Below, in pieces: positions 12,734 through 25,630 of a stretch of 64,000 nt of DNA. The stretch lies in assembly GCA_021613535.1 (NCBI GenBank), contig CP075492.1:992001-1056000 (forward strand), in the 5' to 3' direction. The first letter of the stretch is position 1. Every line of letters starts with the position of its first letter. The translations under genes were made by a program, and so were the position numbers. The notes under the pieces are model-generated. The model made no database searches, was not told the DNA's origin, and saw only the letters and a program-made list of their open reading frames with translations. Source of the stretch: Adineta vaga. Its lineage: Eukaryota > Animalia > Rotifera.

Positions 12734-14820
12734 TCAAAGTGCTTGATCATATGAATCGATACCTGTAGTTTTACAGTTTTTTAAATGAAACAGAACTGTG
12801 AAGAATATGGTCGATTTTGGATAATTATATCCTCGAAAAGAATTTTTGAATTGCGACAGGTACGAAAACATTTGTTCAGCAACTTGTGTATTGATGGATT
12901 TAAAAACATCATGGTGAGATGAGTGATCAGGTCTCATTACTGTTTTACACATTTGTCTTGTATGGTTCTTAACATGAAAGCGGTCAATTGCCATGGTTAG
13001 ATCTGTTAGAAATTGGGTGAAATTTGTTGATTTCAAATCTTCCGTACCAAAATGTTTTTTTATAAACAATTTTAATGTGCACGCACAATCGTAACACATG
13101 GCGATGGGTAATTGACCAAACCGCTTTATTGTTAGAATATGATGAAGAACTCGTCGCACTATTATTTTATTATAGAGATGAAGAAATATGTTAATTATTA
13201 GCAAAATAAAACAAATCTTTACACCAACTTCCTTCAGAACATGGTAACTCTGTAAATCCAACTATGACAGCACAACTTAAGAATGTGGCTAAAAATCCGT
13301 AAGTACTGATTTTGCATTTAACATTTACTCCAGAGCGGAATACATTGCAAATTTTGTTATCATATTGGCCATCATCATTTATATAATCACTTAGCGCTAA
13401 TTTGTCTAATACTTGTTCTTTATCTTCGTTAATGATCTCTGGTGTCATATGAGTCATTCGATCATTTTCCTCTAATGTTGCTGGTTGATGATGCTGGCAG
13501 TATCTGTGGTCGATACCAGGTGCTATGATAAAAGCATTAATGAATACAATGATGTACAAATCCTTATGAAATATACCTCTCCTTAACGGTGAATACAAAC
13601 AACCCATCTGAATTGGACCTAACTCTGGGATGGTGCAATCAAACACATTCTTATACTGGCAAACCAATCTATTGGCTTTTTGATGACCATCAACAACAAA
13701 AATTTTTGAGCACGTTTCAGGATTGCATTTTTTCGTAAACCGTTGATGATTTGTCCAAAAAACAACAAAATTTTTATATAGATCATTTTTAATCAACAAA
13801 AAATATGGATTACATTCATCAATATCACGTACAGACATTGGTATTTGAACAATTTTGTCGTTTGTTGTCATGAATTTAAATTTTGCAATATTGATGAAAA
13901 GCCACACCATTTGGAAATTTTTTTCATTCAAAAGACTTCAAAAGAAAACAATCACAATGTACATATATGCAAAACAAAGTGATTATCATCTTACGAAATA
14001 CAACCACCATTTACAGTAGCAGCATTGTGACCTAGTCTCCTATTGATCAATTCAATTTTTGAGTTATAAGCGTTGGTATATCCTTCAAAAGATACTGTAT
14101 TTTGGATTAAGTTTTGATCAAAATCAATCAGCAAGTTTTGATCAAATATTTGGTTACCGTTTAAGTAAATAAACTTATCATTCTTAATTGATTCTAATGT
14201 AACAAACTTATTATTCTTTTGGATATAAAAATTTGGAAATATTTCAATATCACATGTTGCACAATAACAAGTGGCAATAACTGTCAATGAAAATTCTGGT
14301 TATTTATGCGTTATCAACAAACATTATGTGTTCACTTACGAGCTCTATATGTTCGTGTCAATGACATCACTGTCTTTGAACGATGAGCATATACAGGTTT
14401 CAATGATGTCTGGCATTCAATACATGTAGTAGTATATGGTTGTAAATATAATTCATGTGCATTTGCAGATTCGGCAATATTGTTGGCACTATATTTATCA
14501 ATCATTTCACGTATAGAATATTGCTGGAACATTGCATCAAATAATGGTTGTGTTGACATAAATTCAATTATTGTTCGTACAGTATGAACTTCATACGATT
14601 TACCGAAATGTAAACTAATAATATTCCGTATGTGCTGATACTTATGCGGCAATTCTTGTGGAAAAAATTTGTTCAAATTCATTACACACATAATCTCATT
14701 CAAACGCATTGTTCTCATCATCAATATTAAAGTATGTTCTTCATCGGTAATTTCAACAGGTGTACATGTTGGTATATCAGCAGAAGCTGTATTCATATTG
14801 TTATATTTATCTGAAAACAT
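12734..14820 (-). CDS. KDZ transposase with CxC5/CxC6-like cysteine clusters (multi-exon)
   Basis: LQPYTTTCIEC...CYCATC..FPNFY; VVDGHQK..RLVC...GC..SP..YCQHH; catalytic-core motifs YDCAC, IDRFHVKNH, NTQVAEQMF; splicing A|gttggt...atag|TG restores SEGMRRV. Confidence 0.85.
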
Positions 14821-15171
14821 ATGTAAAAATGTATTTTCTAGATAATATTTACGTCACATTTTCATGTAGTCGAATATCACACTCTCAAGGAATTGTTTAC
14901 ATCATCATGCATTTTAATGTATTATAATCCATCAAGATAAACTAATAATATTCATAAATACATGATAATTTAATAATTGGAGATATGAATATCGCTTCGA
15001 GTAAGACTTAATTCTTTTTATTTTTATTTTCCATATTAACGTAAGAAGTATATGCGGAAGTAAAAAAGAACTAAAAATATAAAATTTGACATGCATCAGG
15101 CATATTCGAATAAAAAAGTCAATAAAAAATGTCATTATTTAAAAGTTAATACTATTGTTGAATGAAGTTAA

Positions 15172-18100
15172 TTAATATTTTTTCTTCATTCTTCTTGGTT
15201 GTGTTCGTACTTCGTTTTCTTGATCATCAACTGCCCGTAGTTTTCGTTTTGGTCGTACAGTTAATGCCAATGTACTTGTAGTTTCAGCTTCTGTAGTTGC
15301 ATCGATTTGCAGCTGTTGTGTTAATTGGTGAGGTATGTCATCTGTTACACTCTTCTCACAAGGTAATGAATGTGATATTTGTGTCAACGGTAATTCATTT
15401 TCATTATTACTATCGATTTCTTTTAATACATCTGTTGGTCTGAAACGTTGGATGTCCCATCGAACATGTTCCACGTAGAAAGTATCTGATTGAAAAACCT
15501 TGATACATTCATCTGATAGAGTCCAATTATTATTGGTAAACACATTTTCTTTTTGATGTGGATAAAAACTCTTCATATACTCTTCAAGTGACATGTTTGC
15601 CTACAATAGAATCAAAACGAGATACATATTATCAATTAGAAATCGTGCAAAATGAAAGAAAGAGATGTGTTACATTTTTCTGCAATGATGCAATGAATTT
15701 GAATTTCGATGTGTTGGATTGTAATTGAGGAGCTTTTCTTTGAAAAAAGAATAAAAATAATTCGTGTTAGGAAGAAATATAGTTTCAGTTATTACTTGAT
15801 CCATCCCTCTCTTAAGGAACGCTTCGTATCTTTTTTGATACTTTTTTTTGATCGACTTGGTTCTATCCATAAGTCATCCTTCTGCTCGAGTAGCTCAGCT
15901 TCAATCAATCGTGTAATCGCTTCCAAACGTATTGATGGTCTATTACATATCTGGGTAAGATCTGTTTTGTATAAATAACAGATTTGCTACGTAATATATT
16001 ATTCATTACTCTTTTCACCGTTTGTTCAGAATGTTTATCATCTGTTTTTTTCACTATAGAGAATAATTTAACAAAAGTTCGAAAAAAAAGAAACAATCTA
16101 TGCGAACCTTCTTTGATGTTATATGATACTAATGTAGAAGAATGTGCATCATCAGTACTGCCGTTCAGTATTTCAGTTTCAATCTGATTACTACATATAG
16201 ATATAGAAGAATTATCAAGATCTTTCAATATTTGTGAACTATCAAGCTCAGGTGTTTCTAAATGCATAGGTGTAGATTATTGAAATTAAAAAATAGAAGA
16301 ACAAATACTATTATTGACGTCAACATGTTGCTCATATATCAGTTGCACATCTAAATCTTGATGTTGTTCTTCACAATCTTTTTCATGTGTATTACATGGA
16401 ACATTGACTACTGATTCTGTAGTTTTTTCCAATTGAATTGGAGAACTAGTTGTTGGTTTTGGCGGATTTGCTGCTTTACAATTATTATCTGATTGCTTTC
16501 GTCGATTGCACAATAGTAAATTTTCAATATCATTATAATCACAAGAGAATACATCTTCATTCGTAGTAACAAAGCATCCATCTTCGACTTCTTGTACACT
16601 ACCATTCTGAATATGATGTTGAATTACTGTTTCTAAATGATTTTTATAACATTTGTAATATGGCACAAGACAAGAACTGTATTTGAAAATTTCCAAAGAT
16701 AATGGTGACAATTTGTTATTTGGTGGAATGGAAGATATACGATAGACCGAATAATATTCATCAACATTTATGCCATGTTTGATCAATTTGTTTTTTACAC
16801 ATTCTTGAAGTTCATCGTTAGCTTTGGTTATTGGAATTTTCATATACGATTTTATTTTTCTATTTCGAGCATCCAGTAAAAAATAATTGAATTTCAACAA
16901 ACCATCATTGATCAATTCTTTTAATGCTTGTTCACCTAATGCAGGACGATTTTTAAGAATTCCGCTTAAAATAATAAATATGAGATGAATATCCGGTTAA
17001 ACAATTAGAGAGATGGCTACACTTACGTCTGTCCTGTTATAGGATGTTTGTCTGTCAACGTTGATAATGGAAAAATATTGAATTCACAGAGCATAATTAA
17101 TTCTTTTAGTCGTGTTTGTTCAGATACAGTTGATGAATGTTTAGTTACAGGTTTAGTAGAAAAATTGTAATCAATAGTAAACAAAGTTGTCACAACATCG
17201 AGTTGATGCTCGTACCATTTCCAAGCAGCCAACACCGCATCCTTGTGAACAATTATCATCGGATCCATTGTTGTTTGATCAACGTTCTTTTTTCGTGGTA
17301 AATATGTCACATCATAAACATAAAATTTACTTCTAATTATATTTTGTACATTTACGATGAACTTCTCATTTATGACAGAATCTTCATCATCTCCTTCTGA
17401 ATACACTACCGTTTCGTATACTTCACTCAATATACTCATTGCATTGTAATAGAGCTGAATCAAACAAGCAATACGTGGAATTGTATCTGCAGCTTTCCCA
17501 TAAAAATCCTTGATTTGTTGTTGTTGATCGAGTTTTTGATCATTTGACTCTTTTAAATCAATTATTAAATTACATAACGTATACATAGAGGAATGGTCAT
17601 TTTGAGATTGAGATTGTTCATCTGGTACACTCAACGATTGATCAAATGTAGCTACAATGACATGATAATGAGAAAGATACCAACATATACTCGATGCTTC
17701 AGTCATACATACCACCATAGATATTTTCTCGTTCAGATTCACTCATTTCGAACACATAACGGACTTTTTCAAATAAATGTGCAATAACACATAAATGATT
17801 AAATGATGGATTATTTTCAGAATATCTATTTCGACGAAAACTGAAAATGAATAATTTCAAGTTATTATATGTCTATTTATACTATGAATTCATTACTTTT
17901 GCGGTCTTGAATAAATCATCTTTGGCATAACCATATAAATAAACCTGTTATGGGAGCCATCGAATCCCGCACAATTGCTCCAGTTTTTCATATTTTTCAT
18001 TAATTTACCACCAGTAGTTGCAATGAAGATAGTCAAACGTTTATCATCGATCTTAATAATGGTTGTTCCGGTAGTTCGAAATGACTTTTTGAATCTTATG

Positions 18101-18861
18101 AAAAAAAAATCTGCTTTTATGATTTAGTTATTTTCTGTACTCTTTACCCATCATAACCACACAGAATTAAATTTCGTTCATGTTCTTTACCACCATCTGT
18201 GGCGTTATATAAACCATAGTTTTCAGCAATAATATCAGCATCATCGTTCAACAAGATTTTACAATTCGATGAGAGATGTTGTCTTAAGCCGATATGATTT
18301 GTATGACTAACGACAGACGATACATCTTCCTCTGTTAACGCTCCGCTGACCATTACCGGTTTCAGGTATGTAGATGGAAACATTTTTTCAGTTTTTGTGA
18401 TAGCTTTTTCCATTTGACGAAAAGCATGCGATTTACCACTTCCTTTAAGACATCAAAAAATAGTATATTAAAAAATCAACTTAAATGAAAGTTAGATAGA
18501 ATCTTAAGTTCTCTTTTTAGAGATGTATTTTGACTTAAATAAAAAAATCTTTTGTGCAACATCAATGATACTGACCGCTTGCACCCAAAACCCACATGTA
18601 CAACTGAACGGGTCGATGATCAGTGCCGACAAAATGAGTATAATATGATCCTCGAGCGAAGTGTGACATCATTCCCAATGACATAAAAAATGACAGGGAT
18701 GGATCATAGTTATACATTTGTTTGTAGCTATTAATCATTCCCATTTGTCGCTCACTCAAAATTTCATTGATATTGAACTTCATTTTTGAAACCACCGAAA
18801 TATTATGCAATATCATTTCAGATAACAGCTTCTCGTCAAGCATTGATCCTCGCTTAGCCAT
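15172..18861 (-). CDS. DUF3987/YfjI-like AAA+ P-loop ATPase with C-terminal winged-helix-like repeats (multi-exon; one 1-nt frameshift near 15966)
   Basis: Walker A LGASGSGKS reconstituted across intron about 18443-18575; Walker B-like ILLNDDAD; ERNLILCGYDG; LTIFIATTG; Arg-finger-like DGSHNRFIY; FYGKAADTIPRIACLIQL; short GT-AG introns join the ORF pieces down to 15172. Confidence 0.7.
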
Positions 18862-19720
18862 GTTACTATTAAAACAACATAATTAATCATGTATTTCATT
18901 CGTAAAAAAATAACTTTACCGAAAAAATTGAACTTTATTTCTATAAATTAGCAGACAATTTAACCAACAGTAACTTGAATTTTCGTTATATAAAATTAGC
19001 TGTGTACAGATGATATTTCTCCTTATTCGAAAAATCCTTTAAATAGGCCTCGCTCACAAAGAAATCCTATCAGTTTATTGCCTTGTTATAAAAAAAAAAG
19101 ATAAATAGTACTGATATCAACCAAATACAAAGAAAACATGATGACGTCTAGCGAAATCTTAACCAAAACCAGTCTTCTTTGATCGAAAATATATCATATC
19201 ATCTTGTGATATATCGTATACGACATACCCTTGGTACATCAGTAAGAATCGAAAACATTCTTCTTCAGCTGTGAACATATGATTACATCTGATATATCAT
19301 ATGACAAACCCTAGACAGAAAGGAAAGCAAAAAAATACAGCTGATGTCTGTCAGCTGTTCACAGAACGCAAAACCATATATACATCCATATATTTATCAC
19401 GTATATCATCCAGTTAAATAACAGAAAAGAAAAAAAACATCGTGACATAAAAATCACATATACAACCTATACCAAAACAAGGCTATTTCTTTTATTCGAG
19501 AAACTTTATCGAACATAGAAGCTTTCATACTAATCGCTTAAATATCAATACTAAAGCTTTCAATGCACTTTCTATAAAAATTAAACCAATTTAATCATCT
19601 ACTTACACCGCCGGATTCCAAAAAAACTCACAGCAACAAACCTAATCAACAACTAACATTTTCCTTCACCTTCCATTTCGTTTTTCCGTCTTAAAGCTTC
19701 ATACTCCTATATGATCATAA

Positions 19721-20205
19721 TGAATTATCTCTGTTATATATAGAAGAATTTTAAAATTTTATATTCGAAGTAAACTTCTGATTTCTTCTTTCCTATTTAC
19801 TGTAGGTGTTCATATACACATGATGAATTATCTTTGTTATATATAGAAGAATTTTAAAATTTTATATTCGAAGTAAACTTCTGATTTCTTCTTTCCTATT
19901 TACTGTAGGTGTTCATATACACATATGGTGAATTATCTTTGTTACATATAGAAGAATTTTAAAATTTTATATTCGAAGTAAACTTCTGATTTCTTCTTTC
20001 CTATTTACTGTAGGTGTTCATATACACATATGGTGAATTATCTTTGTTACATATAGAAGAATTTTAAAATTTTATATTCGAAGTAAACTTCTGATTTCTT
20101 CTTTCCTATTTACTGTAGGTGTTCATATACGCATATAATGAATTATCTTTGTTATATATGGAAAAATTTTGAAACTTAATAGTCGAAGCAAATTTCTGTT
20201 TTCTG
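19721..20205 (+). repeat. 103-105-bp tandem repeat, about 4.6 copies
   Basis: Units start at 19721, 19824, 19929, 20034 and 20139 (TGAATTATCTTTGTTAYATATAGAAGAATTTTAAAATTTT...). Confidence 0.95.
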
Positions 20206-20622
20206 TTGTCTACGGAGACGAGTGCGAGAGTAAATTTCTGCTGAAAATGCAGAAATCAGAGGTAGAACTTTGTTCAAAACTGGTTACAATTTGAGATTTG
20301 CCACGTCCTCTATTACTCTGCGCTGTTGTGAACGTACTGTCGCAGTATGGTGAAATGTGTATATATTGCGAAATATATTTTTCGTACTGATGGGAGAGCT
20401 GACAGTATAACTGCTTTCTCCTCTTTTCTTTCGTCACTATTTTGTTTTTTGTCATTCTGTTGGTAGTTCTATACATGTAAGAGGAACATTTAACTTGAAG
20501 AAAAAGAAAGCAATCTTTTTTTTGTGTGTTTTGGTTTTTCATATTTTCGGTCAGATAGTGCACGTTGGAGCTCTATTATTATTTTTTCGATTGACTTACT
20601 TAGTTTGTATGAAACAGTAAGT

Positions 20623-20692
20623 ATCTGGAGGATGTGAGTGAAAGCGTGGATAAAGTAGACGCATTACTCTCGCCTATCCTCACCCTCAAAAT
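20623..20692. repeat. Degenerate telomere-like palindrome
   Basis: ATCTGGAGGATGTGAGTG...CCTCACCCTCAAA. Confidence 0.55.
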
Positions 20693-20728
20693 ATTATAAA
20701 ATGAGAAATATATTTTTCTTGGATATGT

Positions 20729-20775
20729 CCGAGGGAAGAAAGCGGATCCAAAATAGTCCGCTTTTCCCTCCTTGG
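20729..20775. repeat. GC-rich imperfect hairpin
   Basis: GAGGGAAGAAAGCGGA-loop-TCCGCTTTTCCCTC. Confidence 0.7.
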
Positions 20776-21070
20776 TTCATATAAATAACATGCGTTTGAA
20801 GATTAAGTCATTTTAGAATGATAGAAACAGCTGATAAAAGGAAATGTGCTATAAAAGAATTAGTTGAATTCGACGGGGACTCGTAATACGTACGATGTAA
20901 ATACTGATTTTGAAATCGTATCGAAATGTAGCTTAATTGATGAAGTTGAATTAGTGGAAAGATTTTGAAAGCATTGATTAAGATTGTAAGAAACTTAGTA
21001 GTATTGAAATGATCGAAATTTTAGAATATTTTATTTATGAGGCTTTCAATCTTCATTTTTTTGGAAACAT
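20776..21070 (-). pseudogene. Decayed N-terminal paralog of the neighbouring F-box-like gene
   Basis: YNLNQCFQNL...LHFDTISKSVFTSY resembles FNLNQRFRSL...IHLGSMSKSTFTSY of 22486..23553. Confidence 0.55.
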
Positions 21071-21759
21071 TATGTAGCGCTTTATTCATCAAACGAAAGA
21101 AAACAATAAGTAGATCGTATAATTTCATGCGATCAAAGAACATAAGTCAAAATGGAGGTTTTTCCTAATGAGATATATTTTGTTAATCATAAAACGGAGA
21201 GGAAGGAAAATTTAAAACTAGTTTACGAAAACTATCATTTTTTAGATCATTGTTTATATTGAGCTTCTGTCCTCAACATAAGTAAACCGTATTTTTACAA
21301 TAGTTAATATACTCAGTCGACTTATTTTATAATAAAAGAATATTTTTATCTCCTATGTGTTTAAACATTCGTAAGAACTATGAATAGATATCGAATACAA
21401 ATTTGAAGTATGATCAGTATTGTTTGATAAAAAATATTCATTAATGATTAATATGAACAAGTATTTCACTTGCACGAAAAGAAGAAGAAAAAATTACATT
21501 TTCGAGATCTTTCAGTTTCAATCCTCTAATCTTATCATTTATGAAATTATTAAAAATTAATTTTATATTGTTGATTTTTATCAGTCAACAAACTATATCA
21601 GATTTATGCGTATCCTTTTTTCACTTTTATCAAGTGAATGGAAATATTTATTCTTTTGTTGGGAATAAAAAGACTCTTTGAAATCGATAATATTAATATT
21701 AAAAAAAAAAGAAAGAAAAAGTTTCTGTTCATTAATTGATTGTTTATGTTTGATTCCGA

Positions 21760-23553
21760 TTATCTCCATAAATGAATACCGTGATTTTCTTTGGTCATCC
21801 AATCAGTAAGTAGATTTTTTGATTGAATTAGATCATTTATGTTCTGCAAGAAAGGTTTATCAACATATGAAATCGATATTAAATGTAGAAATGAATTTTT
21901 CTTATAAGTTTCTGAGAATAAATTTTCTATAAATTTTATCGTACATTGATTGGATCTCGATATATAAAGATATTCTAATCGTGGAAAAAGATTTATTAAG
22001 AATTCGAATTGTTCAACCGAACGATGTGCCATCGAAATTGAGATATGTTTTATTTTGTTTGTAGCAGATACGAGTTGCAAAGTGGAATCGAATTTTATCA
22101 GATTCTCATCTAATTCATCAAATCCAGCTTGAGTTAGACATAACTTTTGAATATTTGGTAAAGAAACAAGAAGTTGTAGAAAATCTTTAAAATAACGATA
22201 AGAAACATAAGTATTTAGTACAGTAATTTGTTCCAATGGGAAAAGACGTTGAAGATTAATTGATGAAATGTATTTTTGTTCCTTAGAATAATTAATACAT
22301 TTCAAATTAACTTGTTTAACATTTGGAAAATAATTCGTCAAAATATCTGAGCAATTTTCATTTTGTAGATCAATATTTTGCACGGAATTCATTTGAAACT
22401 TTTGTTTCATAAATGGAGTTGTTCTCGTTATTGATTCCGAATCCAATGTAAAATGTTGTTTTCTTCGATAAACAACAAATTCCTATTATATTAATGAATA
22501 GAACAAATCGTACCTATATGGATCTGTTGAATAAAAATATATTTCACAAGAATCACCTGCTTCTTTCATATAATATGCAAAAAACCATTGATGTTCAAAC
22601 CAAAATGAAGATTGAAATTGTTTAATTAAGTTTAGATAACCTTTAACCGTTATCTTGGGACAATATCCATGTAGATCCATGTGAAATTTTTGTAAATATG
22701 GCATATATACTGGAATCAATAATTCCCATCGATTTGCATTTAAATATGATTGATTTGCCAGTGCCGAAATATGTAAAACTTGAGCATGATGAAAAACATA
22801 TTTTATCAAAGTTTCCAAAACATTAAAAAAGACTCCTGAATTATTTAAATAAATATGTGTTAATTGATTTGGAATAATTGAGTTGATAGTTAATGATTGA
22901 TGCCTATCTGATAATCTATCAATCGATAAATGATGAAGATGAGGAGCAACTGAAAGAAAAATAACCAAATCATTGATCTTAGTTATACCGTTAAGAATTA
23001 AATGTGTCAAAGAATGACTTATTTGTTGTATTTCAATAGGCAAATATTCATCAGTATTACACTTGCATGTTGTTAATTCGCAATATTTCAATGAAGGTAA
23101 TTGAAATAGTTTTTTATATATATAAATGCTTTTTTCAATAGAATATTTGTAAGTAATACTCAATGATGATAAATTCATTAAGATGGAAAGATCATCAAAA
23201 AGATTAGTTAAATATTTAGATGGAATGTCATTAACAATTAATCTTTGAAGATGAATAAACTTTGCAATAAGAGAAGTAGACGAAAAGAAGAATTGAATAA
23301 GAAATGGATTTGATAAATGAAGTGATTGAATTTGATGTGAATTTGGAAGAATTTGATTTTCATAATAGGATGTAAATGTTGATTTGGACATTGAACCAAG
23401 ATGAATATTCTTCGGATAAATTAAATTCATGAAAAGACTTCGAAAACGTTGATTAAGATTGAAAAAAACTTCATATGATTGGAAATGATCGAGATATTCA
23501 AATATTTCATAAAAAATTTCATTGGCAAAATCTTCAATTTGCATTTTTTCCAT
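21760..23553 (-). CDS. F-box-like/LRR (RNI-like) protein, 2 exons
   Basis: N-terminal IEDFANEIFYEIFEYL F-box-like motif; LxxLxL repeats; WELLI...LQKF and FWFEHQW motifs; intron about 22463-22513. Confidence 0.8.
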
Positions 23554-23768
23554 GCTAATATCAATAAAAGGATATTTAATTTATTTCAACTATTAGAAAA
23601 GTTAAGATAAGAAAATTGCAACGTACAATTGGTAAAAACCAATCTATGTGTGTTTTTTATCTTTTTCACACGTCCAAAGAAGACAAAAACAAAATTCTTG
23701 TTTTTCGTTTTTTTGTTGATAGTATATAAATCCTTATCTTGAAAGTATGCCGATCAAATTAATATAGT

Positions 23769-24572
23769 GACAGAACGGGAAAAAAATTTCATTCGCTGAT
23801 CATTTCAGCCAAGGAAAAGAGAAGAAATACATAGATGTCATATGAGAGCAGAACAGAACACATGAATATGTCACAACGTGAGCTGCTTTATCAATTAGCA
23901 TGATCTGTAATTGAAATAAGAGAACTATTCGATGCGAAAGATGAAGATAATCCAATAATAATCAGAACTTTTCGAAATAAATCTAATAATTATGAAATAA
24001 TATATGACATTATATATAAAGCCAGTATTTTCATTGAATTTCATAACATTTTTGTATAAATCATCATTATCATGGATACTAACATCAGTTACGACGATCT
24101 TCATACGATTAACAGCAGAACACTTCATAAACTAACATCTTCTAATGATTTTGTATAGGTTCTATCATACATTCGGATGAGTGGAAAGCCTACAATGAAT
24201 TAAAGAACACTAGAAACTTTTATTTGCATCGTACTGTAAATCATTCTCTTCATTTTGTTGACCCAACAACTCATGTACATACTCAGTTAATAGAAAACAC
24301 GTGGATGCGTTTGAAAAGAAAACAAAAAACACAATGTGGAATTGTTAGAAGTTTGTTACCTACATATTTAGAAGAATTTGTTTGGCGTCAGGATTTCGGC
24401 GATAAGCCATTTCAAAATATAATAATGCAAATTGTTGAAAATTATCCTGTTGCTTGACTATGTTCATTTATTTCTTAAATAAATATCACTTGTTCTCATA
24501 TGACATCTATGTATTTCTTCTCTTTTCCTTGGCTGAAATGATCAGCGAATGAAATTTTTTTTCCGTTCTGTC
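23769..24572 (+). mobile_element. Internally deleted Merlin (IS1595/ISXO2-like) DNA transposon
   Basis: About 80-bp near-perfect TIRs (GACAGAACGG...CATATGAGA); transposase C-terminus IHSDEWKAY...HRTVNHSLHFVDP..HVHTQLIENTW...YLEEFVWR at about 24160-24457. Confidence 0.9.
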
Positions 24573-24775
24573 GTTCTATTTCAATAGACGGTGTGTCTAA
24601 ACTGCACTTGTACCCAGTATTTTTCTGACTAATAAAACAATAAAGAAATGAAGAAGCATCGAATTTTATCCGAGAGAATGTGGATGAAACTGAAAATTAA
24701 TTATCTTCGAGCCAACATTCGCTAACAATAATACTTTAATAGAAAGCATCTTAGACTTAGACTATTAAATAAACT

Positions 24776-24836
24776 AGGGTGGGTGTGGGTGTGTAGATGT
24801 GCGTGAAGAAAATATAGCCACACCCACCCCTCAAAA
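24776..24836. repeat. Telomere-like palindrome
   Basis: AGGGTGGGTGTGGGTGTG...GAAGAAAATATAG...CCACACCCACCCCTCAAA. Confidence 0.8.
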
Positions 24837-25180
24837 CATGAAACTATAGGAAAATTAACTATTGAGCCTCGTAATAAGAAACATTTTGTTTCGTCATTGT
24901 TATTCTCATAGAAAGGATTTAATTTTTTAATAATCATAATAGAATGCACCGAGCTTTTAACATGAACCTTAAAATCTTTCCTAATAGTGACACAAAATAT
25001 AAGGGGACATTTCATGATGATAAAAATTACTACTGAAAAAAACACACATTTTCAAAATAGCTGACACTTCATAATTTCTAGATTTTGATTTTGATCCTTC
25101 AATTGAAAAGAGCGCATCGATTTGATAACAAAATGGTAGTTTATTTTTGTTTAAATTGCTTCTCTGGCAGAAATTCAGAC

Positions 25181-25289
25181 AGGTGTGAGAGTGTGGGTGA
25201 GGATGAAAAAAGTGTATACAATTGTCTCAATTTTATCCATAACCACCTATTCCTGTAGCCATAGTCTGACTCATACCCACACCCTCAAA
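25181..25289. repeat. Telomere-like palindrome (degenerate)
   Basis: GTGTGAGAGTGTGGGTGAGG...CATACCCACACCCTCAAA. Confidence 0.7.
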
Positions 25290-25573
25290 TTAATCGTCCT
25301 TCTCTTATCTATATTGATGATGAACAATCTGTTTATGTCACAGATTGGAAGAATCATCGTGTAATGAAATAGAAAAAAGATGCGAAAGAAGGAATTGTTG
25401 TGGCTGGAAGAAATGGTGAAGGAAAATATTTCAATCCATTATCTCATCCTGGTGATTTATTTATTGATCATCATGGTCAAATCTATGTATCAGATTGAGG
25501 AAATTATCGGGTAATGCGTTGGAGTGAAGACATGCGAAAAGGTGAAATTGTCGTTGGTGGTAATGGTCGATAG
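25290..25573 (+). pseudogene. NHL-repeat internal fragment
   Basis: YIDDEQSVYVTDWKNHRVMK*KKDAKEGIVVAGRNG...LFIDHHGQIYVSD*GNYRVMRW; bounded by palindromes on both sides. Confidence 0.8.
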
Positions 25574-25630
25574 AGGGAAGGATGGGTGTAAATGTGGGTG
25601 TCTCTTCTTCTCTCACCTACACTCTCATAG
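25574..25630. repeat. Telomere-like palindrome (degenerate)
   Basis: GGATGGGTGTAAATGTGGGTGTCTCTTCTTCTCTCACCTACACTCTCA; core matches the 58928 copy. Confidence 0.65.

Larger units (their letters stand above)
12295..20308 (-). mobile_element. KDZ (Kyakuja-Dileera-Zisupton) DNA transposon, about 8 kb, carrying a DUF3987-like ATPase gene
   Basis: Imperfect TIRs 12298-12329 (GTGGCAAATATCAAATTGGAACAAATTTTAAA) and 20273-20304 (reverse complement GTGGCAAATCTCAAATTGTAACCAGTTTTGAA), 27/32 identical; subterminal tandem arrays at both ends; no TSD recognised. Confidence 0.75.

Noticed and set aside
19721-20205. Possible CRISPR array
   Set aside because: Units are near-identical head-to-tail with no unique spacers; no cas genes; eukaryotic context
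8782-20774. Single 12-kb element with confirmed TIRs and TSD
   Set aside because: Terminal similarity is loose, there is no TSD, and the flanks belong to different genes; kept only as a hypothesis
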